From assembly GCA_963755715.1 (NCBI GenBank), contig CAVWLW010000013.1:1-64000 (forward strand): DNA of 64,000 bases, in the 5' to 3' direction. How positions within the stretch are numbered: position 1 is the stretch's first letter; each line of letters opens with the position of its first letter. Positions 1 to 10,851 of this stretch are shown one piece after another. Position numbers and translations under genes: made by a program. The DNA is from an uncultured delta proteobacterium (lineage in GTDB: Bacteria > Desulfobacterota > Binatia > UBA9968). The notes beneath the pieces are model-generated. The model ran no database searches. It saw only the letters and a program-made list of their open reading frames with translations, and had not been told where the DNA came from.

Positions 1-868
1 TTTGCTCGGAGCTCTTCTCCCCGTGTCGAGGCATTCCGTCAGGGTCTTCGTGCGCTTGGTTACGTCGAAGGCAAAGACATTGTGATTGAATATCTAAATG
101 CTGAGGGCAAGGTCGATCAGGTTCCACGCAATGCTATCGAGCTGGTTCGTCTCAGGGTGGATATTATTGTGACCGCTGGCCCGACTGATACGCGGGCCGC
201 CAAGGAAGCGACGAGCACAATTCCCATTGTGATGACGCAGGATCCCGATCCCGTTGGGAATGGCTTTGTAGCCAGCCTTGCGCGCCCGGGCGGAAACATC
301 ACTGGGTTATCTAGGATTGCCCCGGAGCTAAGTGGAAAACGACTGGAACTTTTGAAAGAGATTGTTCCTCGGCTCTCCCGCGTGGCCGTTTTCGGAACTT
401 CAACCGAGCCCGGCAACGCCCAGTCGTTAAGAGAAATAGAACTTGCCGCTGGTGCGTTGGGAGTAAAGCTTCAATACCTGGACATACTAGCCTCTAAGGA
501 TATCGAGACTGCATTCAAAGCTGCACGCACAGGACGTGCTGACGCAGTCCTCGTACTGGCGAGCCCGATCCTTACCTCAGCGAAAACAGATTGCCGACCG
601 CGCGTCAACAAGCCGGATCCCGGCGATATATGACAGGGGAGAATTTGTGGATGCGGGTGGGCTTATGAGCTACGGCGTGAATATCCCCGATTTGGACCGC
701 CGTGCGGCGACCTACGTGGACAAAATATTGAAAGGCGCCAAACCCGGCGACCTGCCCGTCGAGCAGCCAAAAAAATTCGAGTTTGTGATTAACCTCAAAG
801 CCGCGAAGCAGATCGGACTAACTATCCCTCCGAATGTCTTGGCGAGAGCGGATCGATGTATCAAATAA
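1..868 (+). CDS. ABC transporter substrate-binding protein (ABC_sub_bind / putative Trp-Tyr type), 5'-truncated by window edge, one frameshift near 580
   Basis: ORFs 82..633 and 536..868 join. Family motifs ATSTIPIVM-DPDPVGNGFVASLARPGGNITG and GGLMSYG...AATYVDKILKGAKPGDLPVEQP..FEFVINLKAAKQIGLTIP. Confidence 0.88.
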
Positions 869-985
869 TTTTGGATTTATGATTTTGGATTTTGTATTGA
901 AGAAAAAATACATGACTGAAGTCTCCGCTTCGAGTTCTATATTCTTGGTCTGGCAATCCAAAATCGAAAATCAAAAATCTAAAAT
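868..985. repeat. Inverted pair of heptamer-periodic tracts (ATTTTGG)n ... (CCAAAAT)n
   Basis: attttggatttatgattttggattttgtattg (868-899) is the approximate reverse complement of caatccaaaatcgaaaatcaaaaatctaaaat (954-985). Confidence 0.7.
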
Positions 986-1959
986 GGCTGGGGCTTTCAG
1001 TTATCGCTCTCTTGCTCGGCGGTGTGCGGGGCTTTGGCCGACGCGCAGCAGCCGGCCAAGATTCCGCGGATAGGATTCTTGTTTGTTAGCTCGCTTTCCT
1101 CCAACTTGGCCCGTGCCAATGCCTTTCGGCAGGGGCTCCGCGAGCTCGGCTATATCGAAGGCAAGAACATCATCATTGAATGGCGATCCGCAGACGGCAA
1201 ATCCGATCGCTTGCCTGTTATTGCGTCCGAGTTAGTCCACCTCCGGCTAGACGCGCTGGTTACGGCGGGTCCGGCAGCAACCGGGCCAGCCAAGCAAGCT
1301 ACTGCTACGACCCCGATTATCATGGCGCAGGATAGCGATCCGATCGGCTGGGTTCGTTGCCAGCCTTGCGCGGCCGGGCGGAAACATCACTGGATTATCA
1401 GCTCTCGCTCCAGAGATAAGCGGAAAACAAATGGAGCTTTTGAAGGAGATTATTCCAAAGCTGTCTCATTTAGCTGTCTTCGGGATTTCGACGCGGCCAG
1501 GCAATGCGCAAGCAGTAAAAGAGATTGAACTTGCTGCAAAGCCGCTTGGAGTGCAGATTCAATATCTAGACATATTAATTGCGAACGATATCGATACCGC
1601 ATTTGGAGCCGCGAGCAAGAGGCGCGCTGACGCAGCACTCATGCTGGGCAACCCGGTCGCTACTTCTCACAGGACACAAATTACCGCGTTGGCGGCAAAG
1701 AAGCGCTTACCGGCAGTATAGTATAGGCCAGGAATTTGTCGAAGACGGTGGACTGATGACCTATAGTGTAAGTCAAAACGACCTGTATCGGCGCGCGGCT
1801 ACTTATGTGCATAAGATCTTAAAAGGTGCCAAACCAAATGACCTGCCAGTGGAGCAACCCATCAAATTTGAATTCATCATCAGCCTAAAAGCGGCCAAGC
1901 AGATCGCATTAATCATACCACCGAATGTGTTAGCGAGAGCGGATCGGGTGATCCGATAA
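912..1959 (+). CDS. Second ABC_sub_bind substrate-binding protein, tandem paralog, 3 or more frameshifts
   Basis: Pieces 1022.. (AQQPAKIPRIGFL...FRQGLRELGYIEGKNIIIEWR), 1431..1721 and ..1959 (GGLMTYS...AATYVHKILKGAKPNDLPVEQP) assemble into one paralog of the previous gene. Start uncertain. Confidence 0.8.
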
Positions 1960-2003
1960 GCGTAAGGGGTGCCCTTCAGTCGAGGTGCGGCAACCGAACC
2001 AAG

Positions 2004-3008
2004 ATGATCATGCGTGCTAAATCGCTGGCGTTTTCGATTTTTCTTCTCTTGTGCTTGAGCACAAAGATTTTGGGCGCCGAGTTGGAAGGTGAACGACTGC
2101 ACATCGGCTACAGCATCTATGCCGGCATCACAGCACCCCTTTGGGCGACCAAGGAAGCGGGCCTGTTTGAGAAAAACGGACTCGCCGCGCAGTTGGTCTA
2201 TCTCAGGGGTGGTATCGAGGCTGCGCAAGCTTTGATCACAGGCGACATTCCTTTTGCGCTGATGGGAGGAGGTGCGGTGATTGCCTCCAACCTTGCGGGC
2301 TCGGGAAGTGTGATCCTTGCGGGGATCGAGAATACGATACTGTTTAAGCTCGTGACCGCGAAAGAGATCGATTCCGCCGACAAGCTACGCGGAAAAAAAC
2401 TAGGCGTCGCATCGCTGGGCGGTTCCACTTATCTGGGTACGGTTCGCGCGCTTCAGCATTTTGGCATCAAGGCGAATGACGTGACGATATTAGCGATTGG
2501 CGGTGGGCCAACCAGACTGGCGGCAATACAGTCGGGTTCGATCCAGGGCGGTGTCTTCCTGCCTCCGGAAACTCTCATAGCAAAGAAACTGGGGCTTAAT
2601 TTCCTTCTCGACTTGGGATCGTTGGGTGTTGAGTTTCAGAATACAGTGATCGCCGGCGGAAGAAACGTCGTCGAGAAAAGACCCGAGACCGTGCGAAAAT
2701 TCATCAAGGCATTGGTCGAAGGAATCCACGCCTATAAGACCGATCGAGAGTTTGGCCTGAGGGTCCTGCGAAAATACTTGAAGACCAACGATCAGGAAGT
2801 CATAGGAGAGACTTATGATTTCTACAGCAGTAAACTCGCTTCCAAGCCCTACCCGACGGTCAAGGGTATGCAGGTCGTGTTGAACGACCTGGTGAGCAGA
2901 AATCCAAAAGCCAAAGACGCGCAGACCTCTCAACTTGTAAACTCAGGTTTCCTCAAAGAATTAGACGACGCCGGATATATTGATCGCCTGTATAACACTT
3001 CCCGATAA
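2004..3008 (+). CDS. ABC substrate-binding protein, NMT1/THI5-SsuA/TauA-like
   Basis: Signal peptide; PLWATKEAGLFEKNGL; LRGKKLGVASLGGST; KPYPTVKG. Confidence 0.88.
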   Translation: MIMRAKSLAFSIFLLLCLSTKILGAELEGERLHIGYSIYAGITAPLWATKEAGLFEKNGLAAQLVYLRGGIEAAQALITGDIPFALMGGGAVIASNLAGSGSVILAGIENTILFKLVTAKEIDSADKLRGKKLGVASLGGSTYLGTVRALQHFGIKANDVTILAIGGGPTRLAAIQSGSIQGGVFLPPETLIAKKLGLNFLLDLGSLGVEFQNTVIAGGRNVVEKRPETVRKFIKALVEGIHAYKTDREFGLRVLRKYLKTNDQEVIGETYDFYSSKLASKPYPTVKGMQVVLNDLVSRNPKAKDAQTSQLVNSGFLKELDDAGYIDRLYNTSR

Positions 3009-3112
3009 GCCTTCATCGCTTTGGATGTTACGGGCGCGGAGAAATCAATTTTCGGTGAAAATTCTCTGCTGCCCAGGAGGAAGGCTCAGCCTAGGGTTAT
3101 AAGGAGAACGAT

Positions 3113-3298
3113 ATGAAAAATCTCTATCTCCGTTTAGTCGTTACTGCCATCGTGCTTGTGATTGTCGTGGGATCGGCGCGCCGAGTAGAGGCCAAGTTTT
3201 ATACCGCCTACATCTCCGACGGCCCCGATACTTCCATAGCGTATTGGCTGGCGAAAGAGGTCGGGTTGTTTAAGAAACACGGCCTGGACATGGAATAG
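3113..3298 (+). pseudogene. N-terminal 61-aa fragment of an NMT1/SsuA-like substrate-binding protein
   Basis: Good RBS (aaggaga), signal peptide and YWLAKEVGLFKKHGLDME, then a stop. The downstream sequence does not continue the family before the convergent TIR gene. Confidence 0.7.
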
Positions 3299-3427
3299 AA
3301 CACGCTTTCGAATTCTCGACTATTTCGCCAAGCGCAGCCGCGCGTCTTTGCTCCAGGTTCTGTATCACGTCATCATTCGCGACAACCAGCGGCGGAAAAC
3401 CTTTACATCAGAGAGCAACTAACAATC

Positions 3428-4893
3428 TTATCTTGAAGCGCGCAGTCTTCTCGCCAAATTGCACCAGTGTTTGAGGTTTTCGTAGCCGGTAACACCCCAT
3501 CTGGCGCGATGCTCTTCACCGCAGACTAGGGGTCTGAGTCGCTTGAAATCGATCTGGTCGTAGGTTTGTCCCCATAAGCAACCGCCACCGTCGTAGGAGG
3601 CGCAGGCCGGATTGCCGTCCGGCATGATGGTGTAGACGAGCAGCCCACCGTTCGGTGGTGGAAAATTATAGGACGGCCAGCGCGCGCGCTGCGCCGCCGC
3701 TCTGTCCTGAGCTATTCTTATCTTTTCGCGTTCGTCGGCAAGAGCTTTCTGTCTCGCCTCCGCGAGAGCTTTCTGTTTCATCTTTTCGCGTTCTTCGAGT
3801 TCCTGCTCCCGTCTCTCGGTTTCCTGTTTCTTGGCGTTAGCGATTTGGGCCAGTCTCTCGGCTTCAGCCTTTTCGCCAGCAGCTTTCTCCCGAGCGGTTC
3901 TTATTCTTTCACGTTCCTCGGCTTCAGCTTTATCGCGGGCCTGTCTCTTTGTTTCAAGCTCCTGAGCATACGCTCTGTCTTGGGCTTGTCTCTTCGCATC
4001 AAGTTCCTGAGCCAGAGCCCTTTCCTGCGCTCGTCTCTTGGCTTCGGTCTCCGCCGCGATAGCTTGCTCCGCGGCCTGTTTCTTAGCTTCAAGCGCGTCC
4101 GCGGCAGCCTTTTCTTCGGCCCGTTTCTTCGCTTCGAGCTCCTCGGCGACGACCTTCTTTTTTGTCTCCTCCAGCAACGCTGCTTGCCGCATCGCTTCGG
4201 CGCGCTCGAAAGATTTTTGGTACCATGCGTATCCACCGACAGCGATAACCACCGCCGCCACTGATGCTGCGACGATCATGGTGAAAGATTTTTTCACCGA
4301 GTGCGCAGGAGCGAGCGGCGCGGTGCCGGTGGTGCGCGGTACACCGGAAGCGGACGCGATACTTGTCGTCGGCGTTGGGCTCGTGCCCCTAGCGGCGTTG
4401 AGGTATTCATTTCGCCCGCGTTTTTTTGTAACGATTCCACATAAGGGCTGAGCGCCTTGATCAGCACCTGAACATCCGAGTCCCAGCGCGCGTGCGTCAG
4501 CTCGACGCCGTTGCGATATGCCAGCTCTGCCAGATCCTCGGGTAATTGTTCCGCCCGCGGCATGCGCGCGCCGTGCACGAGCACTGGAACGACCGGAATG
4601 TCCCGCTTCAACGCAGAGGCGGTTTCGAGGCGAACGAAATCCATGGGATCTTCGAGCCGGCGTCGGCCCGACTCATCCGTGGCGTCTATCCAGGTCTTGC
4701 CGATCATCGCCAAGAGAACACCGCAAGAGGCCACATGCTCGTCTATGACGCGGCGAAAATCGCGCCCCGGCTCGATACCCGCCACGTCCATGAACACCGA
4801 GTCCTCGCCAAAATACCTGGCGAGATCATTGAACAAGCGGCCCGCCTGACCTTCGGCGTCTTCTCTCCGATAACTGATGAAGATGGCGCGCAT
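3428..4893 (-). CDS. TIR (TIR_2) domain - Pro/Thr linker - TM helix - coiled-coil repeats - small Cys-rich C-terminal domain; probably one gene split by a 1-nt frameshift near 4390-4428
   Basis: IFISYRREDAEGQAGRL...VFMDVAGIEPGRDF...DFVRLETASAL is a classic TIR_2. A frame shift at the A7 or G4 run continues without a stop as ..RGTSPTPTTSIASASGVPRTTGTAPLAPAHSVKKSFTMIVAASVAAVVIAVGGYAWY into ORF 3428..4297. Confidence 0.8.
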
Positions 4894-5274
4894 GTGACCC
4901 CCTCAGACCGGACCCGGATTCATTGGCAGATTCATATGAGTAGTTTCGACCTTATCTCCGATAGCCGCGCATCGCGCTGGCCAAACTGCACCAGTGCTTG
5001 GCATCTCCGAAGAACTCTTTTCCATCCATATGGTTTCGCTAGAGCAATGGCGGTGCCATCTCGCGGTTCTTTTTCAGAATCGGCATAAATAACTGAATTG
5101 ATTGAGGGGCCGATCGATTCGTGGAATTTACATTCAACGCAGCAAATTACACGGTGCAACGCTTGTATACAGCCGTGTACCCAAAGAGAACGAGAAAGGG
5201 GAAGACGTGTCCCGGCAGACTCGGAACGCTGGATAAGTGAGAATTATTCGATCATAAAAGGGCGTGAAGAATCG

Positions 5275-5403
5275 GCAGGTTGCTGAAAACACTCTTCATG
5301 CACGGTTCGAGAGCTTTAGGGGGAAGGTGGGTTGAAATAAATTAGATTTTCCGTTCATGCTAAGTTGTCGAAGCATTCCGAAACTTTTTTCAGCGATCTG
5401 CTA
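5275..5403. mobile_element. MITE-like element with imperfect terminal inverted repeats
   Basis: gcaggttgctgaaaa (5275-5289) versus ttttcagcgatctgc (5387-5401). Contains an internal degenerate palindrome ttcgagagc ... gctaagttgtcgaa. No transposase. Confidence 0.5.
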
Positions 5404-5456
5404 AAGACTCACAGACAAAAAATCTTCAGTTCAAGCGGTTCAATACGTTCACCGCG

Positions 5457-6035
5457 TTGAAAGCATCAAGTCAAGAAACCATGAAGCAAACAGAATCACA
5501 CAAGCCCAATGTAAGCCGATTAGAATTGTTCCTCGCTTTTTCTCGGATTAGTTTGTCCAGCTTCGGCGGCGCGATTTTCTGGGCGCGGCGCGAGCTGGTC
5601 GAGCGACAGCGCTGGCTCACCGAACGGGAGTTTGTCGACGTGTTCACGCTCGGCCAGCTCCTACCCGGGCCGAACGTGCTCAATCTCACGGTGATAGTCT
5701 GCCATCGTTTCGCCGGCTGGACGGGGGCCGGGGCGGGCATCGCCGGATTCTTGGGTTGGCCGTGTCTCATGGTCGTCGGTATGGGCGTACTGTACCAGCA
5801 TTACGGCGCTCTGCCGCAGGTGCAGCAGGCGCTCACCGGCATGTCGAGCGTGGCGGCAGGGCTGCTGTTCGCCACTGTGATCAAGTTGGCGATGGTGTTG
5901 CCGCGGGGCTGGCGACCGTGGCTGTTCGGCGCGCTGGCCTTTGTCGGCGTAGGTGTCATGCGCTGGCCGCTCTTGTGGGTCATCGGCGCTCTCGCGCCAG
6001 GGGCTGTCTTCGCAGCCTGGAAAGAGCTGGAGTGA
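5457..6035 (+). CDS. chrA: Short-chain chromate transporter (SCHR), first subunit
   Basis: LELFLAFSRISLSSFGG, ELVERQRWLTEREF, GQLLPGPN motifs. Confidence 0.88.
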   Translation: MKASSQETMKQTESHKPNVSRLELFLAFSRISLSSFGGAIFWARRELVERQRWLTEREFVDVFTLGQLLPGPNVLNLTVIVCHRFAGWTGAGAGIAGFLGWPCLMVVGMGVLYQHYGALPQVQQALTGMSSVAAGLLFATVIKLAMVLPRGWRPWLFGALAFVGVGVMRWPLLWVIGALAPGAVFAAWKELE

Positions 6036-6562
6036 TGGAGCGTCTCGACCTCGGCGGGCTATTTCTGCATTTTTTAGTTCTCTGGTTTTTGGCTATCGGC
6101 GGGCCATCGGCAATATTCCCGGACATTCACCGCTATGTGGTGGAAGCGCAACATCTGTTAACGAATAAGCAGTTCGCTGAGATTTATACCTTGGCGCAAG
6201 TGGCGCCCGGCCCCAACGCCATGTACGTTACCTTGATCGGCTGGCACCTGGCGGGATGGAAAGGTGTCGCCGCGACTACGATCCCATTGCTGGTGCCCGC
6301 GACCACTCTCACACTGCTTGTCAGCCATCTGAACGAGCGCTATCCCAACGCCCGGATCGGCCGCGCCGTCCGCCGCGGCCTGATGCCGATCACGATTGGC
6401 CTTGTGCTCGCGAGCGCGACAATCCTGATGCGGGCGGTGAACCACGACTGGCGCGGTTACTTGATCACGCTGCTTACCGTCGTCGTTGTTCTGCGCAAGC
6501 CATGGAACCCGTTGTGGGTGTTCGCGGGCGGGGCATTGGCGGGAATATTGGGTTTCGTCTGA
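6035..6562 (+). CDS. chrA: Short-chain chromate transporter (SCHR), second subunit
   Basis: ATG overlaps the upstream TGA (tgatg). LFLHFLVLWFLAIGG, LAQVAPGPN motifs. Confidence 0.88.
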   Translation: MERLDLGGLFLHFLVLWFLAIGGPSAIFPDIHRYVVEAQHLLTNKQFAEIYTLAQVAPGPNAMYVTLIGWHLAGWKGVAATTIPLLVPATTLTLLVSHLNERYPNARIGRAVRRGLMPITIGLVLASATILMRAVNHDWRGYLITLLTVVVVLRKPWNPLWVFAGGALAGILGFV

Positions 6563-6805
6563 GCGGCGATTCTCGCTCCGAAGAAATAAAAAATGGGAGC
6601 GTTCTACATTTCCGACGGGGCTTCACGATGGATGCTCTGCTCGCGGATAATTTGAGCGAGTCATTTTGTTCTACCGGCAGGTGTACCTGCGTGGTATAAG
6701 AATTTCCGTTGTTCGGGATACGGCGACGTTGTTTTGTAGATCTCCTCCTATCGTGCCATTCGAGGTGATCAATTTCCTGCTTAGATCTCAGCTCAGGGAG
6801 GAACG

Positions 6806-7868
6806 ATGGGATTACAGACAAGAGTCATGGGTGGCGCTTACAACTCTGTGGCTCTCACCATTTTTTGGGTCTCGCTTCATGCTCAGATAGGACTGGCGGC
6901 TTCCGCTGGCACTCCGGCGGCAAGCAAAGTCGAATCTCTCGACGCCTTGTACCAAAAGGCAAAACAGGAAGGTCGTGTGGTTGTGTATGCGGCCACATCG
7001 ACAAAAACAGAGGAAGTCGTGTTTCCCGCTTTCGAGAAGCGCTTTCCGGGAATTAAAGTCAATCATGTGAATGCCACAGCCGATAAGCTTGTCGCACGCG
7101 CGATTGCCGAAGCTCGTGGCGGCAAAATCATCGCCGATGTTTTGAGCGGTACGCTGAACTATGTCGCCCAATTGAGGGACCAAAAGCTTTTGCTCGATAT
7201 CAGCTTGCCGGAGGCTGGGGCTTATCCGGCGGCGCTGAAGGGCGGCGATTGGGTGGCTACCGACACCGAGTATTTCATCGCCGCTTGGAATACGAGCCGC
7301 GTTAAGAAAGGAGACGAGCCCAAAACATTTGAAGACTTCGCCGATCCGAAATGGGCTAACAAGCTCAGCGCTGAGCCGAGGGATTTTCAGGTGTTATTGG
7401 GTTTGGCGAAGTACAAATATCAAAGCGACGACAAGGCTATAGAAATATTTAAAAAGAATCGCGGCCAATAAACCAGAATTCTACAAAGGCCACGCGCAGC
7501 TGGCAGAGCTGCTGACGGCGGGACAGGCGGATGTGTGCGTGACCTGTTACGCGCATCATATTCCGCCGCTACAGAAAAAAGGCGCGCCGCTGCAGATCAT
7601 GATAGGCGAAGGGATAGGCCGCATCGGCGGCACCGTGACATTGCTCAAGGGCGCGCCTCATCCCAACGCCGGTCTACTTTGGGCGCGCTGGCTCATCAGT
7701 GAAGAGGGGCAAAGAATATTTGCCCAGGCGGGCGAGACCCCGGCTCATCCCAAGGTAGAGCCGCTGGAAAAAATTCTTCCCGCGAAGACTTACATGCTGT
7801 CGGCGGACGATACCAAAGATTATCCCAAGTATGAGAAGCTTTGGAACGAGATTTTCCAGATTCGCTGA
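6806..7868 (+). CDS. Extracellular solute-binding protein (Fe3+/polyamine-type SBP_bac_6/8), frameshift near 7450
   Basis: AKQEGRVVVYAA, FEKRFPGIKV, AWNTSRVKKGDEPKTFEDFADPKW and KGAPHPNAGLLWARWLISEEGQ in two frames. Confidence 0.85.
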
Positions 7869-7879
7869 AATCACAAATG

Positions 7880-7915
7880 AAAAAAACGGGCGAAAGACCG
7901 CCCGAGACGCTTTGG
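7880..7915. terminator. Possible (bidirectional) intrinsic terminator
   Basis: A-run followed by the hairpin cgggcg-aaagac-cgcccg just after the SBP stop. Confidence 0.4.
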
Positions 7916-8082
7916 GATTTCACCAATATTAAGCATCTGTGGGCATGTCTGATAATTTTTCGATCAATCGCACCGCCGATTTAGTCCAAATTCAGTTTGA
8001 TCGCTCGATTGCTCACCCTATCACGGTACAATTTGATTGCTCCCAGGCTTTGGGGAATACTATTCCTTGGGTTATCCATCTC

Positions 8083-8572
8083 ATGGCAATTTCAGAGCTG
8101 ACGTTGCGATTGGCGCGACCGGCGGACGCGCCAGCCCTTGCCAATTTGTCGCGCGACTTGATTGAGTACGGTCTCCGCTGGCGTTGGACAGCGGTGCGGA
8201 TAGCAGGGAGTATTCGCGCTCCCGATGTCAACGTGCTCGTCGCCTGCGTGCGCGGTAACATTGCCGGCTTTGCGATCATGCGCTACGGCGATGACGACGC
8301 GCACTTGGACCTTCTCGCTGTGGCGCCGCGATATCGTCGATTGAGTATTGGACGCCAACTTCTTGAGTGGCTCGAAAAATGCGCCGTCGTCGCGGGCATA
8401 TTCACCGTCGCTCTGGAAGTGCGCGCGGGGAACGAAGGGAGCCCAACTCTTTTACAAGCGCATGGGCTATCGCACGCTCGTTCACCTTCCCGGCTACTAC
8501 CAAGGTGTTGAGGCGGCGCTGCGCATGGGCCGAGATCTCTCGTGCCGGCCGTTAGACCATAGAATTCATTAG
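8083..8572 (+). CDS. GNAT N-acetyltransferase (RimI-like), frameshift near 8437
   Basis: AHLDLLAVAPRYRRLSIGRQLL, LEVRAGN, then AQLFYKRMGY...PGYYQGVEAALRM in the shifted frame. Confidence 0.85.
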
Positions 8573-8877
8573 AAGCTATTCCGGACGAGGGCGCATGTCA
8601 CTTGGCAACAAAGGTGGTTGGAAGACTTGTTCCAGGGGACATAAATACAGAGGCCCGGCGGGATGCCCGATTTGATGGAAGGGCAATCGCGCCACCGGGA
8701 GTGCGCGCAAGAAACGCAAACCAAGCGATGCTCGTCGAAACGCGCCGTCTAGCAAGATGCAACAGTCGATCACTCACCTGTTCGTGAGCCGTTGATCACG
8801 AGCGAGCAAAATCCAATGAAAGTTGAAACTCTTGGCGGCGCCGTGGCGAAGACATGGAGCGTGAGGAAGGGAACCTT

Positions 8878-10338
8878 ATGACTCGGAGCGGCGACGAGTA
8901 TGTGCGCGGCTTGCGCGATGGTCGCACGGTGCTGTTGAACGGTGAGCGAGTGGCCGACGTGACGACGCATCCGGCCTTCGCCGCCGGCATACGTACCGTT
9001 GCACAGCTCTACGATCTCGCCCACGATCCGGCTAACCGCGAGCTGATGACGTATTCTTCGCCGCGCGATGGCCGGCCGATCAACAAGTCCTGGCTGGTGC
9101 CGCGCACGCGCGAAGATTTAGCGTCGCGCCGGCGCGCGATCAAATACTGGGCCGATGCGAGCTACGGCTTGCTCGGGCGCTCGCCTGATCATGTCGCGTC
9201 GTTTTTCGCGGGCTTCGCAGGCTCGCCCGCGTTCTTCGCGCGCGCCGGGCAGCAGTTCGCCGACAATCTTTTGCGCTTCGCCGCCAAGGCCGCCGACGAA
9301 GATCTCTACGTGAGCTACGTCATCGTTCATCCCACTATCGACCGCGCCAAACCGGCGCATCAGCAGGCCGAGCCCTATCTTTATGCCGGCGTCGCCGCCG
9401 AGCGCGACAACGGGATCGTCATCCGCGGCGCGCAGATGCTCGGCACGGGTTCCGTCATGTCCGATTACGTGCTGGTCACGGTGATCTTGCCGCTCAAGCC
9501 CGGCGACGAAGACTATGCGTTCTCCTGCGTGGTGCCGAATGGCGCGCCTGGCTTGAAGCTCTATCCGCGCCGTCCGTACGCGCTCGGACCGACCAGCGTG
9601 TTCGACTATCCATTGTCCAGCCGCTTCGACGAAACCGATTCGCTGGTCGTGTTCGACGATGTCTTCGTGCCGTGGGAAGATGTGTTCATCTACAAAAATA
9701 TCGAGCTGACGGCCGGTCAGTTCAGCGTGACCGCGGCGCACGTACTGGGTAACACTCAGTCGCACATCCGCTCATGGGCAAAGCTGCAGTTTCTCGTAGG
9801 ACTCGTGAAGCGCTGCATGGATTTGAGCGGACGCTCGGCTTCGAGCGACACGCTCGCCCAACTCGGCGACCTCGCCACTCGTGTTTCGCTCGTCGAAGGC
9901 ATGATTCTCGGCGCCGAAGCCGCGGCGGAGCCCGATCAGTTTAGCGTAATGCGCCCGAAGGGTTCTTTGCTCTATGCCAGCCAAGTGTTCCAGCAGTCGA
10001 TGTATCCGGCACTACTCAATCAGATCCGCGGACTGATGGGCGGGAGCGTAATCCAATTACCGGCGACGGTGGGCGAGCTACGCGCAACCAGTTCGGCGGC
10101 GGACATCGAGCGCTACGTGCGCTGGCCGAATGCGAGCGGACGCGAGCGCGTGAAGTTGCTGAAACTCTTGTGGGACGCGCTCGGCTCGGAGTTCGGTTCG
10201 CGTCATCTCCAGTACGAGATGTTCTATGCTGGCGAGCCCGCGGCGATCCAAGGGCGCGAATTCCGTAACTTTGACTGGGCGGCCGCGGAAGCTTTGGTCG
10301 ATCGCTGCCTCGCGAGTTACGATGACACCACCCTATAG
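8878..10338 (+). CDS. 4-hydroxyphenylacetate 3-hydroxylase (HpaB)-family flavin-dependent monooxygenase, oxygenase subunit
   Basis: EYVRGLRDGRTVLLNGERVADVTTHPAF, GRSPDHV, FDYPLSSRFDETDSLVVFDDVFVPWEDVF, GSEFGSRHLQYEMFYAG. Confidence 0.92.
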   Translation: MTRSGDEYVRGLRDGRTVLLNGERVADVTTHPAFAAGIRTVAQLYDLAHDPANRELMTYSSPRDGRPINKSWLVPRTREDLASRRRAIKYWADASYGLLGRSPDHVASFFAGFAGSPAFFARAGQQFADNLLRFAAKAADEDLYVSYVIVHPTIDRAKPAHQQAEPYLYAGVAAERDNGIVIRGAQMLGTGSVMSDYVLVTVILPLKPGDEDYAFSCVVPNGAPGLKLYPRRPYALGPTSVFDYPLSSRFDETDSLVVFDDVFVPWEDVFIYKNIELTAGQFSVTAAHVLGNTQSHIRSWAKLQFLVGLVKRCMDLSGRSASSDTLAQLGDLATRVSLVEGMILGAEAAAEPDQFSVMRPKGSLLYASQVFQQSMYPALLNQIRGLMGGSVIQLPATVGELRATSSAADIERYVRWPNASGRERVKLLKLLWDALGSEFGSRHLQYEMFYAGEPAAIQGREFRNFDWAAAEALVDRCLASYDDTTL

Positions 10339-10851
10339 CTTGGTGTAGCGTGAAGGGAGTCGCACCGACCGGATTTCTACCGCTCGATGATTAGTCTTGC
10401 CGCAAATCGCTCACAAACAACTCGCAGACAATTTGAAAAGGACGAGATTTCCTCGAGCAAGCGCTCGATCAATACCAGGGGTCTGCTGGATCTGAGCAAC
10501 GGGGAGCTAGACTCGTGCCACACCAGTGGCAGGGAAATGTAAATCGCGAATATTCTGAAACCTTTGTATTTTTGCGCACGGAAAGAGCGGCCGGCGCTGT
10601 GAATTCGAATCTGTCTTATAAGAAAATTTCAGTCGGATAGGAAGGATTTTCCTTTTGCTTAGTCTCGATGGAGAGCACCGCGACCACCCACAGCCCGTGG
10701 ATTCGCAGTTAGCAAATTTAAGAAATAACGAGCGGTGTTAAAAACGGGCGGGGAGCGAGGGGCGCGTCAGGGCTGCACAATCCCGCAGTGTTCTATAAGA
10801 GGCGACCGTTGAACTTTCTGCGTCGCTCTTGACTGGCCGCCGTAGACTTTC

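Noticed and set aside
3690-4150. Repetitive DNA that might be a CRISPR array
   Set aside because: The repeats are degenerate, in-frame coding repeats of a coiled coil. There are no unique spacers or cas genes.
4421-4428. Programmed ribosomal frameshift at the A7 run of the TIR gene, and at other split genes
   Set aside because: It cannot be distinguished from the abundant homopolymer errors of this assembly, and no stimulatory structure was identified.
4932-5286. Short ORFs upstream of the TIR gene as partner defence genes
   Set aside because: No RBS, motifs or coding-like composition. Probably intergenic.
10505-10520. Sigma-54-like TGGCAC-N5-TAGCT on the minus strand
   Set aside because: The -12 element is imperfect and it points antisense into the hydroxylase 3' end with no gene to drive.
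10340-10850. 500-bp non-coding gap between convergent genes
   Set aside because: No convincing ORF, repeat or extended pairing found by eye.
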